A stretch of 24,000 nt of DNA from Longicatena sp. (GTDB lineage Bacteria; Bacillota_I; Bacilli_A; Erysipelotrichales; Erysipelotrichaceae). Position 1 is the stretch's first letter. Each line of letters opens with the position of its first letter. The notes beneath the pieces were generated by a model. The model worked only from the letters and a program-made list of their open reading frames with translations. It made no database searches and had not been told where the DNA came from. Below are positions 1 to 8,241 of this stretch, one piece after another. Position numbers and translations under genes: made by a program. Location: assembly GCA_036639195.1 (NCBI GenBank), contig JAVWJF010000005.1, positions 5,114-29,113 on the forward strand, written 5' to 3'.

Positions 1-1
1 A

Positions 2-640
2 CCTATTACTTCGAAATTAGTAGCAGACTTGTTAGAAAAAGCTGGAGCTAACCGTGTAATCACAATGGAGCTTCATGCAACTCAGATTCAGGGATTCTTC
101 AATATTCCTGCAGATGATATTTCAGCAATTACAATCATCGGAAGATATTTCAAAGAAAAGAACTTAGCTGATATCGTTGTTGTATCTCCAGACCATGGTG
201 GAACAACACGTGCTAGAAAGTTAGCAGAAATTTTACATGCGCCATTAGCAATCATTGATAAACGTCGTCCAAAACCAAATGTAGCAGAAGCTATGAACAT
301 CATTGGGGATGTAAATGGTAAGGTTGCGGTTGTAATTGATGACATCGTAGATACAGCAGGAACTTTAACTGCAGGTATTAAGATGTTAAAAGACAAAGGG
401 GCAACTGCTGTCTATGCTTCATGTATTCATGGAGTATTATCAGGCCCTGCTATTGAACGTTTAAAATCATGTGAACTTGATGGATTTGTCTGTACAAATA
501 CGATTGCACAAGATGATAAAGCTGCACAATATCCTGAGATGACTGTTTTATCTGTTGGACCAATCCTTGGAGAAGTTATAAAAGCAATTGAAGAATCAAG
601 ACCAGTAAGTGAAATCGTTTCACGTTACGCAGAATCATAA
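2..640 (+). CDS. prs: ribose-phosphate pyrophosphokinase (PRPP synthetase), C-terminal ~213 aa; 5' end lies upstream of the window
   Basis: The frame is open from nt 2 (PITSKLVADLLEKAGANRVITMELH...), so the TTG at 29 is not the real start. It has the PRPP-binding loop VVIDDIVDTAGT and the SPDHGG motif typical of class I Prs. Stop at 638-640. Confidence 0.9.
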   Translation, partial: PITSKLVADLLEKAGANRVITMELHATQIQGFFNIPADDISAITIIGRYFKEKNLADIVVVSPDHGGTTRARKLAEILHAPLAIIDKRRPKPNVAEAMNIIGDVNGKVAVVIDDIVDTAGTLTAGIKMLKDKGATAVYASCIHGVLSGPAIERLKSCELDGFVCTNTIAQDDKAAQYPEMTVLSVGPILGEVIKAIEESRPVSEIVSRYAES

Positions 641-676
641 AAACATAGAATACATATGTAAAGAAAGGAAATGATT

Positions 677-1033
677 ATGCTTGAGCATCTCTTAGAACAA
701 GTTTTGCCAGAGATCATTTCGATCTTGGAAATTATTGGAGTCATCGTTATTTTGATTGGCTCAACAAAAGCATTCTACCATTATGTCATCGCAAGTATAA
801 AAGATGATGAACATCCTATTCGAATTGAATTAGCCAATGCATTAGCGTTAGGGTTAGAATTCAAAATGGGAGCCGAAATTTTAAAAACGGTATTGGTAAG
901 AAACATAAGTGAAATCTATGTTTTAGGTGCTATTATTCTGCTGAGAGCATTGTTATCCTTGATGATACACTTTGAAATCAAAGCAGAAAAAGAGCATAAC
1001 CATACATCGGATGCTTCACCAAATAACTACTAA
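677..1033 (+). CDS. small integral membrane protein, DUF1622-like
   Basis: About 118 aa with two to three hydrophobic helices and the LALGLEFKMGAEILKTV motif I associate with DUF1622. The AAAGGA Shine-Dalgarno at 664-669 fits the ATG at 677 better than the ATG at 671. Confidence 0.65.
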   Translation: MLEHLLEQVLPEIISILEIIGVIVILIGSTKAFYHYVIASIKDDEHPIRIELANALALGLEFKMGAEILKTVLVRNISEIYVLGAIILLRALLSLMIHFEIKAEKEHNHTSDASPNNY

Positions 1034-1062
1034 AAACAACAGCCATTGAGCTGTTGTTTTTT
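1034..1062 (+). terminator. Rho-independent terminator after the DUF1622 gene
   Basis: AAAACAACAGC (1033-1043), loop CATTGA, then GCTGTTGTTTT followed by a T-run. Confidence 0.8.
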
Positions 1063-1255
1063 ATTTAATAGGAAAGTTCTATTTATAAACAAACTACAAA
1101 ATTTCTAAAAATCTGCATTATGAAATAGAAAGCTAGATAGTTGTTAGATTCCGTTATTTATTTTACGAAAATATAGGACGAACAAGGTATATTTTAAGGG
1201 GCGCATCAAAATATATCATATATAGAATTGCATCTTATTTGTACTATGTTATACT

Positions 1256-2654
1256 ATGAAAAAGACAAGGATGGTGCTCATGAAAACAGTGACGATGTCA
1301 CAAAGGTTCTACTATCAAGAACTTGAAAAAAACGTTAGAGAATGTGTTCGACAGGACATTGAAACGTATGCGTCAATGCTTCATAAAGCTTATCGTATGT
1401 TATATGATATCTACTTTTATAATGCACCAAAACCACAAAACATGTGCAAAGATTTAAAACAACAATATCATACCAGTGATTATCTTCCTCTTTCTGCTAT
1501 AAATGAGGCAAGAGGTATTTTGAAGTCAACGATTGAATGTAATAAACGACAACAATTATCCTCATTAAAAAGGATTCAACGTGTAGAGAAGGAAATGAAG
1601 AAAATCACAACTAAAATAAATCTTATACAAGAACATTTAAGTGTATATATAGAAATAAGTAAACAACATAAAACAACAGAGTTAGACTATCTCATGGAAA
1701 TCGAAGAGAAGGCAAATTTGAAAAGCCTTATGCATCAGAAATCCATGCTTTGTTTTCGACTTCATAGAGAACGATTTCATCTTAAAGGTCTAAAAAAGCG
1801 CGTAAAACAAGTATGTTTTGGTGGTAGAAAAAGAATGAAAAAACAATTCGCAATGTGCAAGCAACATGAAGAATGGAAAAAAGAGTTTCAACAAGCACGA
1901 ATGAACCGTATGGTGATACCCCGGTTGACGTCAAGGAAAGTATGGGAATAATATCTTTAAATATCATATTGATGAAAATACCTTAGTATATAGAAGTATA
2001 CAAAAGGACATCGTATTACCGATCGAGTTTCATTACGATAAAGAAGAACTCGTTCGAGCAGTGAAGATGAAACATAATACACCAGGAAAAGCGATAGCTT
2101 ATGAAATAAGAGATTATGGAGAATATTTTATTATCAAAGCAATCGTAGAACTTGTTGAAAAAAAGCTTGTGAAACAAACCTGTTATGGAACCATTGGGAT
2201 TGATTTGAATATTGATCATATGGCGGTATGTGAAACAGATGATAAGGGAAATGTCGTAAACACAAAAATATATCGCTTTGATTTAAGTAAAAAGACAAGC
2301 AATCAAAGAAAGGCAATTTTACAACAAAGTATCAAGAAATGTTTTGATGATGTAAAAGCAAGACGAAAACCAATCATCATAGAAGAGTTAGATTTTGAAC
2401 AAAAGAAGATGGAACAACTTTATAAAAAGAAGAAGTATAATGCAATGTTATCAACATTTGCATATGCGCAAATCAAAGAATATATCATAAGAAGATTTTA
2501 TAGAGGAGGAATAGAAGTCATTTGTGTTGATCCAAGAAACACTAGTCAAATAGGAAAAGAAAAATATAGGAAAGCAAAGGGGATGAGTATCCATATGAGT
2601 GCAAGTTATGTAATTGCGCGAAGAGGTATGGGATATAAAGACACAGTAACATAA
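1256..2654 (+). pseudogene. TnpB / IS605-OrfB-like RuvC-fold protein gene, split by a frameshift (ORF 1256/1280-1951 plus 1929-2654), without Zn ribbon
   Basis: The second ORF carries the TnpB RuvC order: GIDLN (Asp codon 2202-2204), IIIEELDF (Glu codons 2382-2387) and VDPRNTSQ. The segment after TSQ is only 13 aa with no CxxC pairs. The D-x-N-A-A-x-N-I position reads IHMSASYVIARRG (His codon 2592-2594). The downstream frame is open back to 1929 (RQGKYGNNIFKYHIDENTLVYRS...) and overlaps the end of the first ORF, so one indel within 1929-1948 (A-rich AGGAAAG) separates the halves. AAGGA at 1267-1271 favours the ATG at 1280 as the start. Confidence 0.6.
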
Positions 2655-2949
2655 GAAGATTATGATGTAACCATATTATGATGATGATTACTAGAAGATA
2701 GTTACATTGTGATATGGACGAAATTACATAATGATCAAAAAAGTCCATTATGAGGAGAACAGCGTACCACTTCGTATGTGTAAGTATAGGAAGAAGGCTA
2801 TTCATAATCATAATGGATAATGAGGGAGCAAGAAATCCACTCATGTTGGAAGATGCAAATCTTTTCAATGATTCATTTATGAATCACTTTCTTGTTGCCT
2901 ATACAATTCATTCACATGGTGTTAGAATATAGGAAAGGGGGGATCAGCC

Positions 2950-3435
2950 ATGGATCGCTTAGAAATTATTCGCGGAATTGTCGATCAATATATCGCCAGT
3001 ATACAAGATGAATCAACGAAAAAGTTTGCCTATATTCATACGTATGGGGTTTCTCAAAGTTGTGCAATGCTTGCAATACGAAGACATGCAAATGTAGAAT
3101 TGGCTTGTATTGCGGGAATGTTACATGATATTGCTCGCTATGCAGAAAATCATCCACATGTAGGTCATGCCAAACGAAGTGCTATCCTATCGAAACAGAT
3201 TTTAGAAGAATTGGCTATTTTCACAGAAAGTGAAATACAAATTCTAACCAATGCCATTTTCCAACATTCAGACAAGATGTTAAGAGATGGTGGAGAAATC
3301 AGTGAGATATTGAAGGATGGAGATGTCTTACAGCATTACTTGTACAATGTTAACATTGAATTATCCCCAAAGGATAAATTCCGTTTGTTTTATTTACTAG
3401 AAGAGATACACTGCGATACAAACGATACTTTATAA
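2950..3435 (+). CDS. HD-domain phosphohydrolase-family protein
   Basis: 161 aa with the H...HD motif (GMLHDIARY) and a downstream His cluster. A strong SD (AAGGGGGG) precedes the ATG at 2950. Confidence 0.8.
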   Translation: MDRLEIIRGIVDQYIASIQDESTKKFAYIHTYGVSQSCAMLAIRRHANVELACIAGMLHDIARYAENHPHVGHAKRSAILSKQILEELAIFTESEIQILTNAIFQHSDKMLRDGGEISEILKDGDVLQHYLYNVNIELSPKDKFRLFYLLEEIHCDTNDTL

Positions 3436-3436
3436 C

Positions 3437-3466
3437 AAAAAAAAGTGATCAGTGATCACTTTTTTC
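3437..3466. terminator. bidirectional Rho-independent terminator shared by the convergent HD-domain and ywbE-like genes
   Basis: AAAAAAAAGTGATCA-G-TGATCACTTTTTT: a perfect hairpin flanked by an A-run and a T-run. The last codons of the ywbE-like gene lie inside the stem. Confidence 0.8.
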
Positions 3467-3652
3467 TATCTCCATAACACGTCCCACTATACCACCTTCC
3501 AACATAACTTTGATGCCTCTTGGATGGTTGCTAGAATTTGTTAGAATTCTAGCGACAACACCCTGTGTAAGCTTTCCACTACGTTGGTCTTGCTTTTGTA
3601 CGACCTGTACGCTAGCACCTATTTGTATTTGACTACGATTTGTTATACTCAT
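3449..3652 (-). CDS. ywbE: YwbE-family small protein (DUF2196-like)
   Basis: 67 aa. The motif DQRSGKLTQGVVARILTNSSNHPRGIKVMLEGGIVGRV matches the YwbE family pattern (DQR.G.LT.G.V..ILT.S..HP.GIKV.L..G..GRV). AAGGAG SD lies 7 nt upstream. Confidence 0.8.
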   Translation of the reverse strand: MSITNRSQIQIGASVQVVQKQDQRSGKLTQGVVARILTNSSNHPRGIKVMLEGGIVGRVMEIEKSDH

Positions 3653-3670
3653 CGTTATTCTCCTTATATA

Positions 3671-5032
3671 TTATTTACCACGAACGCCTTGCTTTGGCTT
3701 TCTTTGTGTATTCCCTTTTGCTTTAGTAGCAAAGGGTTTGGGTGTCCCTTTACGCTTATCTTTTTTCGCATATGCATCTGGTTTACCCTTTTTTGGATAC
3801 TTCGTCTTTTTAGGAGTATCTTTTCCAGTTTCCTTACGATTACTCTGTTTCGCTCTTGGTGTACCACTTTTTGATGAGCGTTGTTTCTTTTTAGGACTTG
3901 GTGTTGTAATCATCATAGGATATCCATGATCACGATCCACTGGAATATTGATACGAATAAGTTTTTGAATATTCTTAACCAATTCTACTTCATCGATATC
4001 CGCAAAAGAAATTGAAGTACCTTCATTACCAGCTCTACCTGTTCTTCCTATACGGTGTACATACGCTTCTGCTTCTTGTGGAATATCATAGTTGAATACA
4101 TGACTCAATTCATTCACATCAATACCACGCGCCGCTATATCCGTCGCAACTAAGACTCTGCTCTCTTTATTTTTAAAATTTGATAAAGCAATTTGTCGTG
4201 CATTTTGTGATTTATTTCCATGAATAATTCCTGTATCTATATTCTGTTCTAATAAAAACTTTCCTAAACGATTGGCATTGCTCTTGGTTCTCGTAAATAT
4301 CAATGCACTTTCTACTTTTTCTTTCTTAAGCAAATCCAACAATAAGAATTTCTTATTCACCTTATCTACATAGTACAATGACTGCTTAATGTTATCTACA
4401 GTAGATGATGGAGGCGTTACTTCAATGGTAATTGGATCATGTAATAATGTTTGTGTTAAAGCTTTGATTTCTTTTGGCATCGTTGCACTAAAAAACAAGG
4501 TTTGTTTTTTAGCTGGAAGACTAGCAATAATGCGCTTCACATCAAATAGAAACCCCATATCTAACATACGGTCCGCTTCATCTAATATAAAGATTTCTAC
4601 CTGATTGATACGTATAATTTTCTGTTTCATTAAATCCAACAAACGTCCTGGTGTCGCAATCAAAATATCAACACCTCGTTTAATTGCTTCTTCTTGAGGG
4701 CGTTGAGAAACACCTCCAAAAATTACTGTGCTTTTGATATTGGTATGTCTTGCATAGGCATGAATGTTTTCTTGTATTTGAATCGCCAATTCTCTGGTAG
4801 GAGTTAAGATCAAACTTCTAATCTTATTTGGTTCATGTTTGTGCAATCGTTGAATGGTAGGAATGGAAAATGCTGCAGTCTTCCCTGTTCCAGTTTGCGC
4901 ACATCCTAAAATATCTTTTCCCAACAATGCATGAGGGATTGCTTTTTCTTGAATTGGAGTTGGCGTTGTATATCCTTGTTCTTCTACTGCTTTTAAAATT
5001 GCTTCGTTAATTTCTAATGTATTAAATTTCAT
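3671..5032 (-). CDS. DEAD-box ATP-dependent RNA helicase with Lys/Pro-rich basic C-terminal tail
   Basis: Q-motif (TPTPIQ), motif I AQTGTGKT, Ia PTRELA, II DEAD, III SAT and VI HRIGRTGRAG are all present. The last ~90 aa are low-complexity and basic. Confidence 0.95.
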   Translation of the reverse strand: MKFNTLEINEAILKAVEEQGYTTPTPIQEKAIPHALLGKDILGCAQTGTGKTAAFSIPTIQRLHKHEPNKIRSLILTPTRELAIQIQENIHAYARHTNIKSTVIFGGVSQRPQEEAIKRGVDILIATPGRLLDLMKQKIIRINQVEIFILDEADRMLDMGFLFDVKRIIASLPAKKQTLFFSATMPKEIKALTQTLLHDPITIEVTPPSSTVDNIKQSLYYVDKVNKKFLLLDLLKKEKVESALIFTRTKSNANRLGKFLLEQNIDTGIIHGNKSQNARQIALSNFKNKESRVLVATDIAARGIDVNELSHVFNYDIPQEAEAYVHRIGRTGRAGNEGTSISFADIDEVELVKNIQKLIRINIPVDRDHGYPMMITTPSPKKKQRSSKSGTPRAKQSNRKETGKDTPKKTKYPKKGKPDAYAKKDKRKGTPKPFATKAKGNTQRKPKQGVRGK

Positions 5033-5220
5033 AAGTTTCCTTTTCTATAAGCCCAAAAAAGCGACACTATTAAGCATCGCTTTCTTGCTACTTGTTTATG
5101 TCTAACATACAGTGTACCATAGATTGTCTAAAAAACCTAGTATTACTAATGTTTTCTGCAATTCCCATAGTATAGCACCCTTATACTTTACAACTCATGA
5201 TACCTCATAAGTATGAATTT

Positions 5221-5874
5221 CTATTCACAGATTGCTGGTACAAACAGCGTTGTTAAGTTATCCAATACGAAATCTTGATCGATTTCATATAAAGGCATCC
5301 ATGAAAGAGATTCCTCTGAAGTTCCTGCTCCACGTACGACGCACACCCTATGCTCATCAGGGTACGCTTCCATTAAATCCATCTTCACTTCTGATGCGCT
5401 CATTTGATCATATACTTGAGGAACAATCAGATTCATAGATGGATTTAAACTATCTATGCGCATCGCTTGTGCATCCATCATCATAAATCCATCAATAGGA
5501 TCTATATGAAGAGTGGCAAACATCGCATCTAGAAAACTTTGACCTCCTATGATTTTCACATCCACTTCTTGCATCAATACCTTTACGGCATATTCCGCAA
5601 CACATGGATGTCCTGGAACTGCATATATAACATCTTTTGTTTTACTGGCATTTTTAAGTGTCGATATAATTTCTTCATACACTTCTTCAAAGGTATCATA
5701 TTTTTCATATACATCATCAAAGCTTGTATAAGGAATATGCTCTTCTTCAAAAAATGACATCATAGGATGATGATCAGTACGTAAATAAATCGGATAAGGC
5801 TTCTTTAAAAACTTCGCAACACCAATTGGTAACTGATCGACATCTCCAGCACCTAAACCCACAATATATAACAT
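5221..5874 (-). CDS. tetrapyrrole-methylase-fold SAM-dependent methyltransferase domain protein (YabN N-terminal-domain-like, no MazG domain)
   Basis: 217 aa. IVGLGAGDVDQLPIG..., VIYAVPGHPCVAE and VPQVYDQMSASEVK are collinear with my recollection of the N-terminal half of B. subtilis YabN. The ORF stops where the MazG half would begin. Confidence 0.75.
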   Translation of the reverse strand: MLYIVGLGAGDVDQLPIGVAKFLKKPYPIYLRTDHHPMMSFFEEEHIPYTSFDDVYEKYDTFEEVYEEIISTLKNASKTKDVIYAVPGHPCVAEYAVKVLMQEVDVKIIGGQSFLDAMFATLHIDPIDGFMMMDAQAMRIDSLNPSMNLIVPQVYDQMSASEVKMDLMEAYPDEHRVCVVRGAGTSEESLSWMPLYEIDQDFVLDNLTTLFVPAICE

Positions 5875-6001
5875 AGTAACCTCTTTCTTAAGATATGATT
5901 TCTTAGTATTCTATACTGTATAGTATACTATAAAACGAACGTTTTCGTATACTTTTCTATACTGTAGAAAAGTATATCTTCTAGTGTTTCTTATATGCAT
6001 A

Positions 6002-6030
6002 TAAAAAGTACACGCATTGTGTACTTTTTC
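6002..6030 (-). terminator. Rho-independent terminator after cutC (hairpin flanked by A- and T-runs, potentially bidirectional)
   Basis: AAAAAGTACAC-GCATT-GTGTACTTTTT. Confidence 0.7.
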
Positions 6031-6048
6031 ATAGACTCTAAACTATAC

Positions 6049-6792
6049 TTATTGTATACTTTTTAATAAATTCTCAACACTTTGTTTACTTACGACTTCA
6101 TAATCACTTTCATGACCCGCAGGACCATAACAGTAATTCACACGTTCTCCACAAGTTGTTTCATCTTTGACCCAATCTTTACAAGAAGAGTGAATTTGTT
6201 CAACACCAGTATAAGCAATCAATTCTTTTGCGTTACTAGCATTTACTCCACATCCTGCTAGGATTTCAATTTGTCCTTTGAAGCGTGCTTGTAATTCTTT
6301 TAATACATCTTTTCCTTCACTTACATTAGGATAAGTTCCACTTGTAAGTACACGGTCTACTCCTAAATCAATAAGTGTTTGCATTGCTTTGTATGGATCA
6401 CTCACGCAATCAAATGCACGATGATACACAACTTCTTTGCCTTTTGCTTTGGCTAAATCAATCAAACATTTACTTTGTTCAACATCGATATTTCCTTGCG
6501 CATCTAAGCATCCAAATACAATCCCATCTGCTCCATGTTCCAACATATCTTTGCATTCTTCAACCATAACTTCAAAATCTTCCTTGATATAATGAAAACC
6601 CGCACCTCTTGGTCGTATCATTGTAATAACGGATAGATCCGTGTGTTGTTTTACCAAACGTAATGTTGCGACACTTGGTGTTAATCCACCCATATGCAAT
6701 GCACTATTTAATTCAATACGTTTTGCCCCACCTGCTTGCGCCTGTAAAGCATCATAATAACTTCCGCAACAAATCTCTACTTGTATATCCAT
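6049..6792 (-). CDS. cutC: CutC-family TIM-barrel protein
   Basis: 247 aa. The N-terminus VEICCGSYYDALQAQAGGAKRIELNSAL..GGLTPS is the characteristic CutC signature. It is the last gene of the operon that starts at 10309. Confidence 0.85.
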   Translation of the reverse strand: MDIQVEICCGSYYDALQAQAGGAKRIELNSALHMGGLTPSVATLRLVKQHTDLSVITMIRPRGAGFHYIKEDFEVMVEECKDMLEHGADGIVFGCLDAQGNIDVEQSKCLIDLAKAKGKEVVYHRAFDCVSDPYKAMQTLIDLGVDRVLTSGTYPNVSEGKDVLKELQARFKGQIEILAGCGVNASNAKELIAYTGVEQIHSSCKDWVKDETTCGERVNYCYGPAGHESDYEVVSKQSVENLLKSIQ

Positions 6793-6804
6793 GATGATAT
6801 CCTC

Positions 6805-8226
6805 CTATTTACGGACATTGTAATGCATTCCAGGAATCCCTGCACTTGTCATTTCATCAATGTCCAATACTTGTTCTAGTTTTTCTTCGCTCATCAAATC
6901 ATGTTCTAAGATAAGCTCTTTTAATTTACGATTTTCTAGCAATGCTTGTTTTGCCATTTTTGATGCATTTGCATATCCAATATGTGGAGCCAATGCAGTC
7001 GCTGTTCCTAATGAGTTCTCCATAACTTCACGACAATGTTCCTTATTTGCAATGATTCCTACAATCGCATTGTCTCTTAATGTATAACATGCATTTGTTA
7101 GTAAATCTACCGATTGAAATAAATTATAGAAGAGCACTGGTTCAAATACATTTAATTCCATTTGTCCCGCTTCTGCAGCTTTGGTAATGGTTGTATCGTT
7201 ACCAAACACTTGGAAACAAACCTGATTACATACCTCTGGAATTACAGGATTTACTTTTCCTGGCATAATAGAACTACCTGGTTGACGTGCTGGTAATAAG
7301 ATTTCACTTAATCCTGTTTTTGGTCCAGAAGCCATTAAACGGATATCGTTACACATTTTGGATAGATTTACAGATAATGTTTTTAATGAACCATGAGCAA
7401 ATACAAATGGGTCTACATTTCTTGTACCATCGACCAAGTCTCTTGCACTTGTAATATCCATTTGTGTAATTTCTTTTAAATAACGCACACATATTTTCTT
7501 ATAACGTTCATCCGCATTGATTCCTGTACCTACAGCAGTTGCTCCCATATTCACAGATTTCAAATCTGAAAAGGATATTTTAATTCTTCTAATATCTCGA
7601 ACAATACTCGTCGCAAACGCATGAAATTCTTGTCCCATACGAATTGGAACGGCATCTTGTAAATGCGTTCTACCAAGTTTAATGACATCATTAAACTCGA
7701 TACTTTTATCCAATAGGGACTCTTGTAAAATCATCAATTCTTCCAACAGATGTTCTACTAAGAATAAAGCAGTAATCTTACCAGCTGTAGGAAAGACATC
7801 GTTTGTAGACTGTCCAAAGTTCACGTGATCATTTGGATGAATGAAATCATAAATTCCAATTTCCTTGCCTGCTAATTGTGCTGCACGATTAGCAATGACC
7901 TCATTAGCATTCATATTGGTACTTGTTCCAGCACCACCTTGAATGACATCGGTAATAAACCATTCATCTAGTTTTCCCTCAATCACCTCATCACAAGCCA
8001 TGACAATGTATTTCAAACGTTCATCATCTAAATGTCCACATTCATGATTGGCAAGTGCACAAGCCTTCTTTATCATTCCTAAAGAATGTATCATTTGTGG
8101 ATGTGTTTTGATCATTGTGATAGGGAAGTTCTTTGTAGCACGTACGGTTTGTACACCATATAAGGCATTTTTAGGTACGGCGATTTCTCCCAGTGAATCC
8201 CGTTCTATTCTGTATTCGTTCTCCAT
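6805..8226 (-). CDS. aspA: aspartate ammonia-lyase (aspartase), fumarase/aspartase superfamily
   Basis: Has the GSSIMPGKVNP signature loop, TNMNANEVIANRA and QSTNDVFPT. The ATG at 8226 (MENEYRIERDSLG) has a GGAG SD 6 nt upstream. The track's start at 8238 is a TTG. Confidence 0.9.
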   Translation of the reverse strand: MENEYRIERDSLGEIAVPKNALYGVQTVRATKNFPITMIKTHPQMIHSLGMIKKACALANHECGHLDDERLKYIVMACDEVIEGKLDEWFITDVIQGGAGTSTNMNANEVIANRAAQLAGKEIGIYDFIHPNDHVNFGQSTNDVFPTAGKITALFLVEHLLEELMILQESLLDKSIEFNDVIKLGRTHLQDAVPIRMGQEFHAFATSIVRDIRRIKISFSDLKSVNMGATAVGTGINADERYKKICVRYLKEITQMDITSARDLVDGTRNVDPFVFAHGSLKTLSVNLSKMCNDIRLMASGPKTGLSEILLPARQPGSSIMPGKVNPVIPEVCNQVCFQVFGNDTTITKAAEAGQMELNVFEPVLFYNLFQSVDLLTNACYTLRDNAIVGIIANKEHCREVMENSLGTATALAPHIGYANASKMAKQALLENRKLKELILEHDLMSEEKLEQVLDIDEMTSAGIPGMHYNVRK

Positions 8227-8241
8227 AGTTTTCTCCAACTT

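Noticed and set aside
88-396. 102-aa ORF antisense to prs. Similar antisense or overlapping ORFs are 1782-1967, 2016-2316, 2542-2868, 2966-3157, 4389-4604, 5232-5757, 6375-6569, 6860-7087, 8048-8504, 9948-10178, 11290-11565, 12143-12394, 12574-12765, 14058-14261, 14715-14900, 15710-15898, 17335-17532, 17989-18195, 18727-18987, 19805-20565, 21876-22100 and 22247-23293.
   Set aside because: Each lies inside, or opposite, a well-supported gene with clear family motifs. They lack SD sequences and have low-complexity or odd composition typical of shadow ORFs.
2750-2932. 60-aa ORF in the gap between the TnpB-like gene and the HD-domain gene.
   Set aside because: It has no SD and no recognisable motif. 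The region is better explained as a transposon end, a guide-RNA scaffold or a promoter region.
1068-2937. 9-bp direct repeat ATAGGAAAG at 1068-1076 and 2929-2937, considered as a possible target-site duplication flanking the TnpB-like element.
   Set aside because: A 9-mer match between two ~250-bp AT-rich regions is close to chance expectation. IS200/IS605-type elements do not make target duplications. The right copy is simply the SD region of the HD gene.
3584-3929. ORFs 3584-3874 (+), 3664-3867 (-) and 3738-3929 (+) over the 3' end of the helicase gene.
   Set aside because: They are artefacts of the repetitive Lys/Pro-rich tail coding region. The helicase frame is continuous and motif-supported.
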